From a virus (taxonomy: Duplodnaviria > Caudoviricetes), in the IMG/VR virus record IMGVR_UViG_3300006868_000023, positions 1 to 55,840 of that record: a DNA stretch of 55,840 nucleotides; one strand, written 5' to 3'. The notes under the pieces were generated by a model. That model was not told the DNA's origin. It was given only the letters and a program-made list of their open reading frames with translations, and did no database searches. Shown here piece after piece: positions 19,391 to 28,060 of the stretch (the first letter of the stretch is position 1; every line of letters begins with the position of its first letter). Position numbers and translations under genes: made by a program.

Positions 19391-19999
19391 ATGAAGATTT
19401 TTCATATCTTTGCAATAGCACTTTTAGGTTTTTCTTTTAGTGCAAACGCAGTTGAGTTTGATGGCAAGGTTGGTATTGCTTCAGACAATTATTTCAGAGG
19501 CATCAACATGAGTGATGGTTTTGGATACTCTGCTCGTGGTTTATTAAATCATGACAGTGGTATCTGGGCTGGTGCAAGTGTTATGTCAATGGATGACAAT
19601 GAATATATGCACTCACTTGCAATTGGTTATAACTTTGATTTAGGTGGTAGCAATTTTAATGTTGCTTACTTTGATCGTGGTTTTAGCATGGACGGTGTAG
19701 ACGGATGGGAAGAAATTGGCATTACTGCTGACTTCGATCTATTCCAAGCAAGATACCACATTGGCCTCGATGATGCTGATGATTACTATGAGATAAGTTC
19801 AGGGATATTAAAGTATGTTGATGTTGCTTATGGCGACTGGGACAATGCTGGTTCATTCTGGAAAGTATCAAAAGGTTTTGATCTATTAGGTGGCGAAGTA
19901 GAAGTTGGTTACGTTGATCACGAAAACAACGAAGACGATTTTGCGGATAAAATCCAAGATTTTGACAACTTTTATGTAGGTTACAGTTATAGATTCTAA
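19391..19999 (+). CDS. Outer-membrane beta-barrel, Gcw_chp/TorF-like putative porin
   Basis: Signal peptide ending ANA; GKVGIASDNYFRGI resembles the Gcw_chp SDYxFRG motif; amphipathic strands; C-terminal VGYSYRF beta-signal. Confidence 0.75.
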   Translation: MKIFHIFAIALLGFSFSANAVEFDGKVGIASDNYFRGINMSDGFGYSARGLLNHDSGIWAGASVMSMDDNEYMHSLAIGYNFDLGGSNFNVAYFDRGFSMDGVDGWEEIGITADFDLFQARYHIGLDDADDYYEISSGILKYVDVAYGDWDNAGSFWKVSKGFDLLGGEVEVGYVDHENNEDDFADKIQDFDNFYVGYSYRF

Positions 20000-20015
20000 T
20001 CTTTATGTAACAGGG

Positions 20016-20037
20016 AAAAGGCCTTCGGGCCTTTTTT
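20016..20037 (+). terminator. Rho-independent terminator
   Basis: AAAAGGCC-TTCG-GGCCTTTTTT. Confidence 0.9.
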
Positions 20038-20038
20038 C

Positions 20039-20066
20039 TTGACTTTTTGCTCAGATCTGCTATAAT
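20039..20066 (+). promoter_or_regulatory. sigma70-like promoter
   Basis: TTGACT-N16-TATAAT with TGn extension; ATG 6 nt downstream. Confidence 0.75.
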
Positions 20067-20072
20067 AATAGT

Positions 20073-20273
20073 ATGATTAATTTAATACTGATTGCTATTA
20101 CAACATTCTTTTTAACCAGAGCACTTTGGTTAACCCTCAAAGGCTTTGCTGGGTATAACAGCAAAGGAGAATACAGTGGCTTTTCGTATGCCTTTTCATT
20201 CTTTCTAGCCATTATATTTTGGTGGACTGTGATTTGTGTTGTACTATGGTTGCTAGGGTTTGATACATTCTAA
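20073..20273 (+). CDS. Small membrane protein
   Basis: 66 aa, two hydrophobic segments. Confidence 0.65.
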   Translation: MINLILIAITTFFLTRALWLTLKGFAGYNSKGEYSGFSYAFSFFLAIIFWWTVICVVLWLLGFDTF

Positions 20274-20824
20274 TGATAACAAATTTAGACAACATATTAA
20301 AAGAGCATCTTGTATATCCTGAAAGCAAAAATCTTCAGCAAAGAGGTATTGCAGACAAGATAGAAGAACGTTGCAACTTAATCATAAAGCAGAACTTTCC
20401 TGATGTAGCAGATCCTAGAAGCAGACGAAGTATTGAGGATATCACAATAGGCGATACTTATGTAGATCACAAGAGTAGTGATGAAGCATTAGAATTCAAA
20501 ATGCCTAACTTGATCAGCATAGATAGGTTAATAAACTTAGATAAGCCATTAGTGTATAATTTTATTATATACAACAGCGAAAACAAAACTATAGTAAAAA
20601 ACTTTAGTCTAAGTGTATACGAACTTAATTGGGACCATCTCAGCATACAAAATTTAGGTAAAGGACAACTGCAAATCAAAAACATGAAAGAGTTTTTGAA
20701 AAATCCCAAGTCTTCCATGAGCAAAGATGCATGGCTACAAAGACTTAAAGCAGAGGCTATTGTGTTCTATGATAGGCTTATTAAAAAAACACAGGATCGC
20801 AAGAAGCTCTGGATGTCGCTCTAG
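20273..20824 (+). CDS. Putative PD-(D/E)XK restriction-like endonuclease
   Basis: SIEDITIGDTYVDHKS (D...DxK), MPNLIS, NLGKGQLQI; family inferred. Confidence 0.45.
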   Translation: MITNLDNILKEHLVYPESKNLQQRGIADKIEERCNLIIKQNFPDVADPRSRRSIEDITIGDTYVDHKSSDEALEFKMPNLISIDRLINLDKPLVYNFIIYNSENKTIVKNFSLSVYELNWDHLSIQNLGKGQLQIKNMKEFLKNPKSSMSKDAWLQRLKAEAIVFYDRLIKKTQDRKKLWMSL

Positions 20825-20857
20825 TTTGATAAATAGTTGTAACAGGAGTTGTGCGTT

Positions 20858-21427
20858 ATGACTATTGCATTAAAAATACTAAACGATCAAATTAAAAGAA
20901 TATCAGAGACTAATACTCTCTTAGATATGCTTTTGGAATTTGAAAAAGTTCTAGATGACGTAGATCTATACGCATACAAAAATTGGGGTCAAGGTGAATT
21001 ATTAGAAGGTCCTCATGTAGATAGACACTTTATCACAGTCAAGTTAATGTATCTAAATGAAGATATGCCTGATCCATATGGTGCAAAAAGATTATTTGCC
21101 AAGGATTGTTTAGTAAAGTTCTCTAAAGATACACTTATTCGTCCAGTCAAAGTAAAGAATTGGGATGATGTAACTACTGAGGCTAGACCAGACGGCAGTA
21201 TCAAAAAGAAAGCAAAAACCAAATCAGAGCCTGTATGGGTAGTTGAAATCAAAATGCCACGTAGATATGTTGACGAGTTTAGCTCAGAACGTATAGAAAT
21301 TGACAATGATAGTTATGTTGACTTAGACAGTTTAGATGCTGAAGTTCAACAAGAGCAAGAGGAAGACATGATGCAGTCCGATCCAAATATGGGAATGGAT
21401 ATGAGTATGCAACAGGGTACAATATAA
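20858..21427 (+). CDS. Hypothetical phage protein (late)
   Basis: TAAATA at 20830-20835, AGGAG SD; EFEKVLD..DLYAYKNW..GELLEGP...MPDP. Confidence 0.7.
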   Translation: MTIALKILNDQIKRISETNTLLDMLLEFEKVLDDVDLYAYKNWGQGELLEGPHVDRHFITVKLMYLNEDMPDPYGAKRLFAKDCLVKFSKDTLIRPVKVKNWDDVTTEARPDGSIKKKAKTKSEPVWVVEIKMPRRYVDEFSSERIEIDNDSYVDLDSLDAEVQQEQEEDMMQSDPNMGMDMSMQQGTI

Positions 21428-22191
21428 TGGGACTTAAACAAGCAGAATTAAGAGACACAATGCTGAGCAAGGTCAGCATTGATGAGTTTGAACCAAAGAC
21501 TGGTGATGTAGAAGATGTTATCACTGCAGGATTCTATGTAACAGAAAGCGAAGTAGGTAACGACTTATATAAATTTGTATCTAATTCTACTGCTGATGTC
21601 AGAGATGTTGAAGTTTCACCAAACCCAAATGCAGATGGTTATTACATGGTGTTTATTGAAATGGATCGTAACCCTGAAGCATTATCAAAGATCAGAGAAA
21701 TTTGCAAGGACATTGAAAATGTTGCAGGCAAATTAAAGTGGCAAGGTAAAACACATTTGATTGATGAGTATCATAATCTATATGAAGACGACATTGAAAA
21801 ATATGTAATACTGGAACCTGCAAAATATATGGACAAAGAAACATATGATCAAGCACAGCAGGCCGCACAAGAAGAAGCAGAAAAGCAAGACAATTCAAAT
21901 AAAATTTTAGAGTTTCTAAAAGACAGCAGTTTATTAGAAGCAGGATTAAACGACAATAAAATTGTCATGCGTGGAGCCAGAGATGTAGCACAATTAGAAA
22001 TTGTGAACTTTGGTCCAGCAAAAGACATTATGGCAGAAGTTGGTATAAACGAAAGTGCAATCAAGCCATTGGACAGTACACTTAGAAAGTTTAACAGTAT
22101 GTTAGGTGAGATGAGAGCCGTTCCAATTGACGAGTACATAGTAATTTTCCATCCAAGCCAAGATAACGTACTGGTAACAAAACAATGTTAG
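21427..22191 (+). CDS. Hypothetical phage protein (late)
   Basis: 254 aa; SIDEFEPKTG...VFIEMDR. Confidence 0.7.
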   Translation: MGLKQAELRDTMLSKVSIDEFEPKTGDVEDVITAGFYVTESEVGNDLYKFVSNSTADVRDVEVSPNPNADGYYMVFIEMDRNPEALSKIREICKDIENVAGKLKWQGKTHLIDEYHNLYEDDIEKYVILEPAKYMDKETYDQAQQAAQEEAEKQDNSNKILEFLKDSSLLEAGLNDNKIVMRGARDVAQLEIVNFGPAKDIMAEVGINESAIKPLDSTLRKFNSMLGEMRAVPIDEYIVIFHPSQDNVLVTKQC

Positions 22192-22652
22192 GATTTATAA
22201 AAGCATTACCTCTTATCATAATCATACTTACAGCAGGATACGGTGCTCACAAGTTTATGATCAATGAGAAAGACAATCGTATCAATCAACTGCAATCGCA
22301 AGTTGATTATCTAAACACAGAAAATGTTGCACTGCAAACAGCGGCCGCAACCAACGAAGCAACTATTAGAAGTTTAGAACTCAATGCAAAGCAACAAGCA
22401 GAAGCAATGATGGGTCTAACAAATAGAAACAACGAACTAAATGCAGAACGTGACAGTTACATGAGAATATTTGCTGATCATGATTTAACAAAACTTGCAA
22501 GAGCAAGACCTGGTAGCATAGAACTTAGAGCAAACAGAGCAACAGCAGATGTATTTAGATCAGTTGAAGCAGACAGCAGAGAATTAGATAATGCAGATGG
22601 TGAAGAAGCATTTGACGATTTTACACTAAAGACAGAGAAAGACGATGGTTAA
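22185..22652 (+). CDS. Putative inner-membrane spanin (Rz-like)
   Basis: N-terminal TM followed by a long coiled coil; overlaps the downstream lipoprotein. Confidence 0.55.
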   Translation: MLGFIKALPLIIIILTAGYGAHKFMINEKDNRINQLQSQVDYLNTENVALQTAAATNEATIRSLELNAKQQAEAMMGLTNRNNELNAERDSYMRIFADHDLTKLARARPGSIELRANRATADVFRSVEADSRELDNADGEEAFDDFTLKTEKDDG

Positions 22653-23385
22653 GAAAATTATAGATGTAGGTTTTATAGGATTAATTATTTTGGGACTATC
22701 TGCATGTAGCAGTATGCAAAGTGTTCCTTACCAAGCACCAAGTCAAGTTAAAGTATTCACCGAAGAAGTAAAACTTGAAATCTACCAACCTCCTCTTCCA
22801 CAAGAGATATCCATGCGTGATATTGAATGGTATGTGTTAACCACAACACCATGTAAGCCAGCAACAGGCGTAAATAAAAATCCTGAGTATTACACAACAG
22901 AACGTTTTGCCTATGAAGACTATACCAAAGAGGATGGTACTTCGGCAAGACGTGTCCAACGTGATGCTGAAGGTAACAGAATTGAACTACCACCACTTGA
23001 AGATGAAGATGGTAGAATCATAGAAGTATGTGGTAACATTGATCAAAAGATTGCAGAACTTGAAAAACGCATAGGTGGCGATTTTGTAATGATGGGTATC
23101 AGTGTTAAAGGCTATGAGAACATGGCTTACAACTTACAAGAGATTAAAAGATATCTTAATCAACAAAAAGAAATTATCTTATACTACCGTGAAGCAACAG
23201 GCGGGTTTGATAATGACAGCAAAGAAGATTGGTTAGATAAAAATAAAGATAACCAAGCGGACCAAGTTGAAGATGCAAAAAGAGATAACGAAGCACAAGC
23301 ATCAGAACTTGCACAACCAGAAAAAAAGAAATCAGGCTTTAATTTAAGCAATCTAATTCCAGGCTTACCTAACAGTAACGATTAA
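22645..23385 (+). CDS. Lipoprotein, putative outer-membrane spanin (Rz1-like)
   Basis: LSAC lipobox, Pro-rich segment, YENMAYNLQEIKRYLNQQKEIILYYR helix. Confidence 0.55.
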   Translation: MVKKIIDVGFIGLIILGLSACSSMQSVPYQAPSQVKVFTEEVKLEIYQPPLPQEISMRDIEWYVLTTTPCKPATGVNKNPEYYTTERFAYEDYTKEDGTSARRVQRDAEGNRIELPPLEDEDGRIIEVCGNIDQKIAELEKRIGGDFVMMGISVKGYENMAYNLQEIKRYLNQQKEIILYYREATGGFDNDSKEDWLDKNKDNQADQVEDAKRDNEAQASELAQPEKKKSGFNLSNLIPGLPNSND

Positions 23386-23387
23386 TT

Positions 23388-23609
23388 ATGAACTCCCAGG
23401 AAGATCTATTAAGGCTAATTAAAGTCGAGCATGGCTTCGACCTTTCTATGAAAGATGAGTTTGAAGCCATTAGTGGCTTTGACAGTTTAACCATTATTGA
23501 AATCATAATGAGTGTTGAACATGAATACGATATAGACATCGAAGACGAACTAATAGAAAAATTAGTAACGGTCCAAGATTTGTACGATTTAATCAATGAT
23601 TTAAGTTGA
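23388..23609 (+). CDS. Acyl carrier protein
   Basis: GFDSLTIIEIIMSVEHEYDIDIED...TVQDL: phosphopantetheine DSL motif; small and acidic. Confidence 0.85.
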   Translation: MNSQEDLLRLIKVEHGFDLSMKDEFEAISGFDSLTIIEIIMSVEHEYDIDIEDELIEKLVTVQDLYDLINDLS

Positions 23610-23633
23610 CATTTTTCTTATTGATGCTATAAT
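23606..23633 (+). promoter_or_regulatory. sigma70-like promoter
   Basis: TTGACA-N16-TATAAT with TGn; ATG 6 nt downstream. Confidence 0.8.
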
Positions 23634-23639
23634 GTAAGC

Positions 23640-24440
23640 ATGGATCACTATCAAACACTCGGTGTGGCCAGAGAAGCCACAGATACCGAGATCAAAAAAG
23701 CATATCGCAAACTTGCTAGTAAGCATCACCCTGACAAGGGAGGTGACGCAGAAAAGTTTAAGGAAATTCAAAAAGCATACGAAACTCTCAGTGATCCAGA
23801 CAAGAGGGCACAGTATGATAATCCTAATCCTTTTGAACAATTTGGTGGTGATCCTTTTGGACAAGGCAGTCCTTTTGCTGACATATTTGGAGACGTATTT
23901 GGAGGCAGAGGGCGTAGAGCACAACCTACACGTAATCCAGACACTGTTACACAATTACGAATTGATCTAACAACTGCTTATTATGGCAGAAACATAATGG
24001 TTGATTTAGGGTACCTACGAGAATATATTGATATACCTGCAGGTATCAGAGATGGTTCCAGAATACGTTTAGCAAATAAAGGGCAAGTAAAATATAATGG
24101 ATTACCTCCAGGTGATCTACATATCAAAGTATTTGTAGATATGCCATATGGTATGGCACGTGACAATGATGATTTATATCAACGTGTATCAATTTCATCA
24201 CTAGATGCTATCACAGGCAGTATAATACAAATCGATAATGCTGTAGGCAAACCTTTAAGTGTAAAGATTCCTGCAGGAACACAACCTGGTGCTAAATTAA
24301 AACTATCTAATCAAGGAATGCCTAACCCTAACACAAAGGGATATGGTAATATGATTGTGATAGTTGAGATTACTACACCAATAGTAACCAATGAACAACA
24401 CCTTGAGTGGTTAAATAAAATAAAGAACAATGATTTATAA
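23640..24440 (+). CDS. dnaJ: DnaJ-class chaperone (type II, no Zn finger)
   Basis: J-domain with HPD, G/F-rich linker, C-terminal domain with IPAG and GDL. Confidence 0.92.
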   Translation: MDHYQTLGVAREATDTEIKKAYRKLASKHHPDKGGDAEKFKEIQKAYETLSDPDKRAQYDNPNPFEQFGGDPFGQGSPFADIFGDVFGGRGRRAQPTRNPDTVTQLRIDLTTAYYGRNIMVDLGYLREYIDIPAGIRDGSRIRLANKGQVKYNGLPPGDLHIKVFVDMPYGMARDNDDLYQRVSISSLDAITGSIIQIDNAVGKPLSVKIPAGTQPGAKLKLSNQGMPNPNTKGYGNMIVIVEITTPIVTNEQHLEWLNKIKNNDL

Positions 24441-24570
24441 ATGTTATGTATGCGGATTAAGCCTAATGCTTGGTATGATAAAATATCATACGGCTGATAA
24501 GACAAAAGTTTTTTGTGGTGCAGAATGTAGTGTAAAATATCACAGAGAACAAAAGGAGAAATAAGAACAA

Positions 24571-26769
24571 ATGAGTAAAAGTCCTACAATAGAAGTAATA
24601 ATGCGTAATGCTATGAACAATGCATTAAAGCAAAAGCATGAATATGTGTGCTTAGAACATATCATGTATGTCTTACTTGATCAAGAGGATGTGATAGAAA
24701 TATGTGAAAAGAGTGAAATTGACAGAGATCAAATACTCACTGATTTATCAAACTATCTAAACGATTCAGAAGCAAATGGGTTGCTTAATCCAAACGGTAG
24801 TAAAGGTTCACCTAAAAAGACACAAGCAGTAGAGAGAGTTTTACAACGTGGATTAGCCAATGTTCTTTTTAACAACAGAGAATACTTTGTTCCATTAGAT
24901 CTACTTTTAAGTATCTTAGCAGAAGATCCTGCGCCTATGGCTAGATACCTTTGTGAGATAAATGGACTAACTGGTGAAGTTGTAAAACATCATGTTAGAA
25001 GTACAAGAAACACTGAAGAGAGCAAAGAACTGCTAGAAGAGTTTACAACAAACTTAAACGAAGAAGCACAAAATAGTAAAATAGATCCACTGATTGGTAG
25101 ACATGAAGAAGTAAGTGATCTAGTACACATATTGGCTAGACGTAAGAAAAATAATTGTGTAATGGTAGGTGAGCCAGGTACAGGTAAGACTGCTATTGCT
25201 GAAGGACTTGCTAAGAAAATTGTAGATGGTGAAGTACCTAAGACTTTGAAAAACAAAGTGGTATACAGTTTAGACTTGGGTGCAATGATAGCAGGTACAA
25301 GATACCGTGGTGATTTTGAAGAACGTATCAAAGGTGTATTAAGTGTGCTTGAAGCAGACCCTAATGCAATATTGTTCATCGATGAAATACACATGATTAT
25401 GGGTGCAGGTGCAGGTGGACAAGGTAATGTAGATGCCGCAAACTTGTTAAAGCCAGTATTAGGCAGAGGTACAATGTTAACAATTGGTGCAACTACTCCA
25501 GACGAATTTGCAGATACATTTGAAAAAGACAGAGCATTACTGAGACGTTTTGCAAGATTAGATATTGAAGAGACAAGTGTTGAAGACACAAAATTAATTG
25601 TGTTAGGATTGAAAAAATATTATGAGGATTTCCATTGCGTTTCATATGACAACGAATTATTAGAACGCAGTGTAGACTTAGTTGACAGATATGTTAAAAC
25701 AAAACACTTCCCTGACAAAGCAATTGATGTTGTTGATGCCGCAGGTGCCGCAGTAAAATTACGTGATGAGACTAATGTAGTAATGTCTGACTTTGTAAAA
25801 GTAATTGCTAAGGTTAGTAAAATTGGTGAAGATGTTATTGACACAGAAAGCACAAATGCATACAAAGATCTTGACCACAGAATTAAAACTACTGTTTATG
25901 GACAAGACGAGGCAGTAGACAAAATTGTAGAAGCCATTCTTGTAAGCAAATCAGGATTGCGTGAACCACACAAACCAATTGGTAGTTTCCTATTTGTAGG
26001 TCCAACTGGTACTGGTAAAACAGAAACAGCAAGAGCATTAGCAAAAGAACTACAAGCCAAACTTGTTAAGTTTGACATGAGTGAATATCAAGAACGTCAC
26101 AGTGTTGCTAAACTTATTGGTGCTCCTCCAGGTTATGTAGGACATGCTGAAGGCAAGATGGGACAAGGACAACTTATTGCCGCAGTAGAAGATTCGCCTA
26201 ACTGTGTGTTGCTGTTAGACGAAGTAGAGAAAGCCGCACCACAAGTGTTACAAGTATTATTACAAGTAATGGATGATGGTAAACTAACTGGTTCAATGGG
26301 CAAGGTAGTTGACTTTAGTAATGTTGTGTTACTGATGACTTCTAACTTAGGTGCTCAAGAAGCAGAAACTAAGAAAATTGGGTTTGGTGATCAAACAAAA
26401 GCAAAAGCAGTAGACAAAGCAGTTGAAAAATTCTTTACACCAGAATTTAGAAACAGACTAGATTCAGTTGTTAAATTTAACAAACTTGAACCAGAGCAAA
26501 TGTTACTGATTGTAGATAGATTACTAAAAGAGACTAACGAATTATTAAAAACAAACAATTCAACTGTGAATATTTCGTTAACAGAAAGTGCAAGACAACA
26601 ATTATCTCTCGATGGATACGAGCCAAGTATGGGTGCAAGACCATTAAAGAGAATTTTTGAAGAGAAAATTAAAAAGCCATTAAGTAAAAAGATATTGTTC
26701 GAAGACTTAGAAAACATCACTATCACAGTTGACTGGAATGAAAGTGAAACCTACTATTTCAATACATGA
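24571..26769 (+). CDS. clpA: ATP-dependent Clp protease ATP-binding subunit
   Basis: Two AAA+ modules (GEPGTGKT/FIDEIH; GPTGTGKT/LDEVEKA), pore loops YRG and GYVG, ClpP-docking IGF loop, no ClpB middle domain. Confidence 0.92.
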   Translation: MSKSPTIEVIMRNAMNNALKQKHEYVCLEHIMYVLLDQEDVIEICEKSEIDRDQILTDLSNYLNDSEANGLLNPNGSKGSPKKTQAVERVLQRGLANVLFNNREYFVPLDLLLSILAEDPAPMARYLCEINGLTGEVVKHHVRSTRNTEESKELLEEFTTNLNEEAQNSKIDPLIGRHEEVSDLVHILARRKKNNCVMVGEPGTGKTAIAEGLAKKIVDGEVPKTLKNKVVYSLDLGAMIAGTRYRGDFEERIKGVLSVLEADPNAILFIDEIHMIMGAGAGGQGNVDAANLLKPVLGRGTMLTIGATTPDEFADTFEKDRALLRRFARLDIEETSVEDTKLIVLGLKKYYEDFHCVSYDNELLERSVDLVDRYVKTKHFPDKAIDVVDAAGAAVKLRDETNVVMSDFVKVIAKVSKIGEDVIDTESTNAYKDLDHRIKTTVYGQDEAVDKIVEAILVSKSGLREPHKPIGSFLFVGPTGTGKTETARALAKELQAKLVKFDMSEYQERHSVAKLIGAPPGYVGHAEGKMGQGQLIAAVEDSPNCVLLLDEVEKAAPQVLQVLLQVMDDGKLTGSMGKVVDFSNVVLLMTSNLGAQEAETKKIGFGDQTKAKAVDKAVEKFFTPEFRNRLDSVVKFNKLEPEQMLLIVDRLLKETNELLKTNNSTVNISLTESARQQLSLDGYEPSMGARPLKRIFEEKIKKPLSKKILFEDLENITITVDWNESETYYFNT

Positions 26770-27406
26770 TATTAAATTACTTGATAAGCCAAAGTATAAA
26801 AAATTTCCAATAGTACCTAGTGCCAAAGTTTTTTACGGAGATAGACCGTACAAAGTTTCTCTGAACATATTAAAAGAAGATGACAATCTAATAGGCGACA
26901 GCCAAAGGTACCACTGGTGGGCCTGGCAAGATCTACTGAAATTGGCATGTGCTGGGCAAAGTATATTTTTTAGAACACAGGGTCGATTCCCAAATATGTA
27001 CATGTTCTTTTATGAAAGAGAAGGTGTAGATTTACTAATAAAAAATTATCCTGATAGAATAAATTACATTAGTGGGCCAATACATCAAGAGCACTTAGAA
27101 AAAATATCAGGTAATAAAAATATATTAGTTAGAAAAAATTTATTCTACAATCAATATCTCACAAAGGTAGACTGCTTTGTTCCATGGCACGGGTACGGAA
27201 GTTATCAAAAAAGACAAAGTATAGTATCCGAAGTTAGAGAATACATACAAGACAATTTAGGCTCAGGCAGAATGTCAACTTGCAGGTGGAAAGCCTCATT
27301 CTTTGTTAACCAAGATGAGTTATCAGATATACTGCCATTCTTAAAATTACAGTGGCCTCAGTTACAAATAGACTATACAGAAATATATTATCCTGACTCT
27401 TTGTGA
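26738..27406 (+). CDS. Hypothetical protein
   Basis: About 222 aa; start uncertain. Confidence 0.6.
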   Translation: MKVKPTISIHDIKLLDKPKYKKFPIVPSAKVFYGDRPYKVSLNILKEDDNLIGDSQRYHWWAWQDLLKLACAGQSIFFRTQGRFPNMYMFFYEREGVDLLIKNYPDRINYISGPIHQEHLEKISGNKNILVRKNLFYNQYLTKVDCFVPWHGYGSYQKRQSIVSEVREYIQDNLGSGRMSTCRWKASFFVNQDELSDILPFLKLQWPQLQIDYTEIYYPDSL

Positions 27407-27430
27407 TAAATAGTTACACAAGGAGACACA

Positions 27431-27595
27431 ATGGCAAAGATAGTTAGCGAAGCAGTTGTAATTGAAATCAGCAGAATTGCTAAAGATGATGAACAATTAG
27501 ATACTGCAATCAACAGTGAAATAACTGCTACAATTGAGCAAGTTGTACAACAACTTGTTGGCGAGAATGTAGTAGTAGAAGTTAAGAACGGATAA
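27431..27595 (+). CDS. Small hypothetical protein, 54 aa (not in ORF track)
   Basis: TAAATA at 27407-27412, AGGAG SD; MAKIVSEAVVIEISRIAKDDEQLDTAINSEITATIEQVVQQLVGENVVVEVKNG. Confidence 0.75.
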   Translation: MAKIVSEAVVIEISRIAKDDEQLDTAINSEITATIEQVVQQLVGENVVVEVKNG

Positions 27596-27598
27596 AAT

Positions 27599-28012
27599 AT
27601 GCCTATTAATAGAAGAAGTATTATATTGCTAAGTGCTACTGGCACAGATATGAATAAGTATTCAGACGAAGTTAAGGGTGACAGTTACTATGGTTACACT
27701 GACGGGTATCATACTGTACAAGTAACATATGAGCAATTTATAGGTAGAATGCGAATACAGGCTTCATTAGTGCTAGAGCCAACTTCAGATGATTGGTTTG
27801 ATATTGTGCCTTCAGAAACCACAGGTCAACGTTTTAACGATAACGGATACATTCAATTTAACGCAGATGACCCTGCAAGTAAGTCAGAAGCATATTCTTT
27901 CAAAGGAAATTTTGCTTGGATACGTCTTTACATGGACAGAGAACATGTAGGTGACGGTTCCACTTACGATAACTCATACGGACAAGTTAGTCGAGTAGTC
28001 TTATCTAGTTAA
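27599..28012 (+). CDS. Hypothetical protein, probably virion-associated
   Basis: KGDSYYG..DGYHTV...IQASL...DWFDI...FKGNFAWIR; in the late structural region. Confidence 0.6.
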   Translation: MPINRRSIILLSATGTDMNKYSDEVKGDSYYGYTDGYHTVQVTYEQFIGRMRIQASLVLEPTSDDWFDIVPSETTGQRFNDNGYIQFNADDPASKSEAYSFKGNFAWIRLYMDREHVGDGSTYDNSYGQVSRVVLSS

Positions 28013-28060
28013 AGTGATAAATAGTTGTAATATCACTTATAAACTGTAGATAGGACATAT

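Noticed and set aside
24441-24570. Possible clpS or ncRNA between dnaJ and clpA
   Set aside because: Too short for ClpS, no convincing ORF and no stable stems seen
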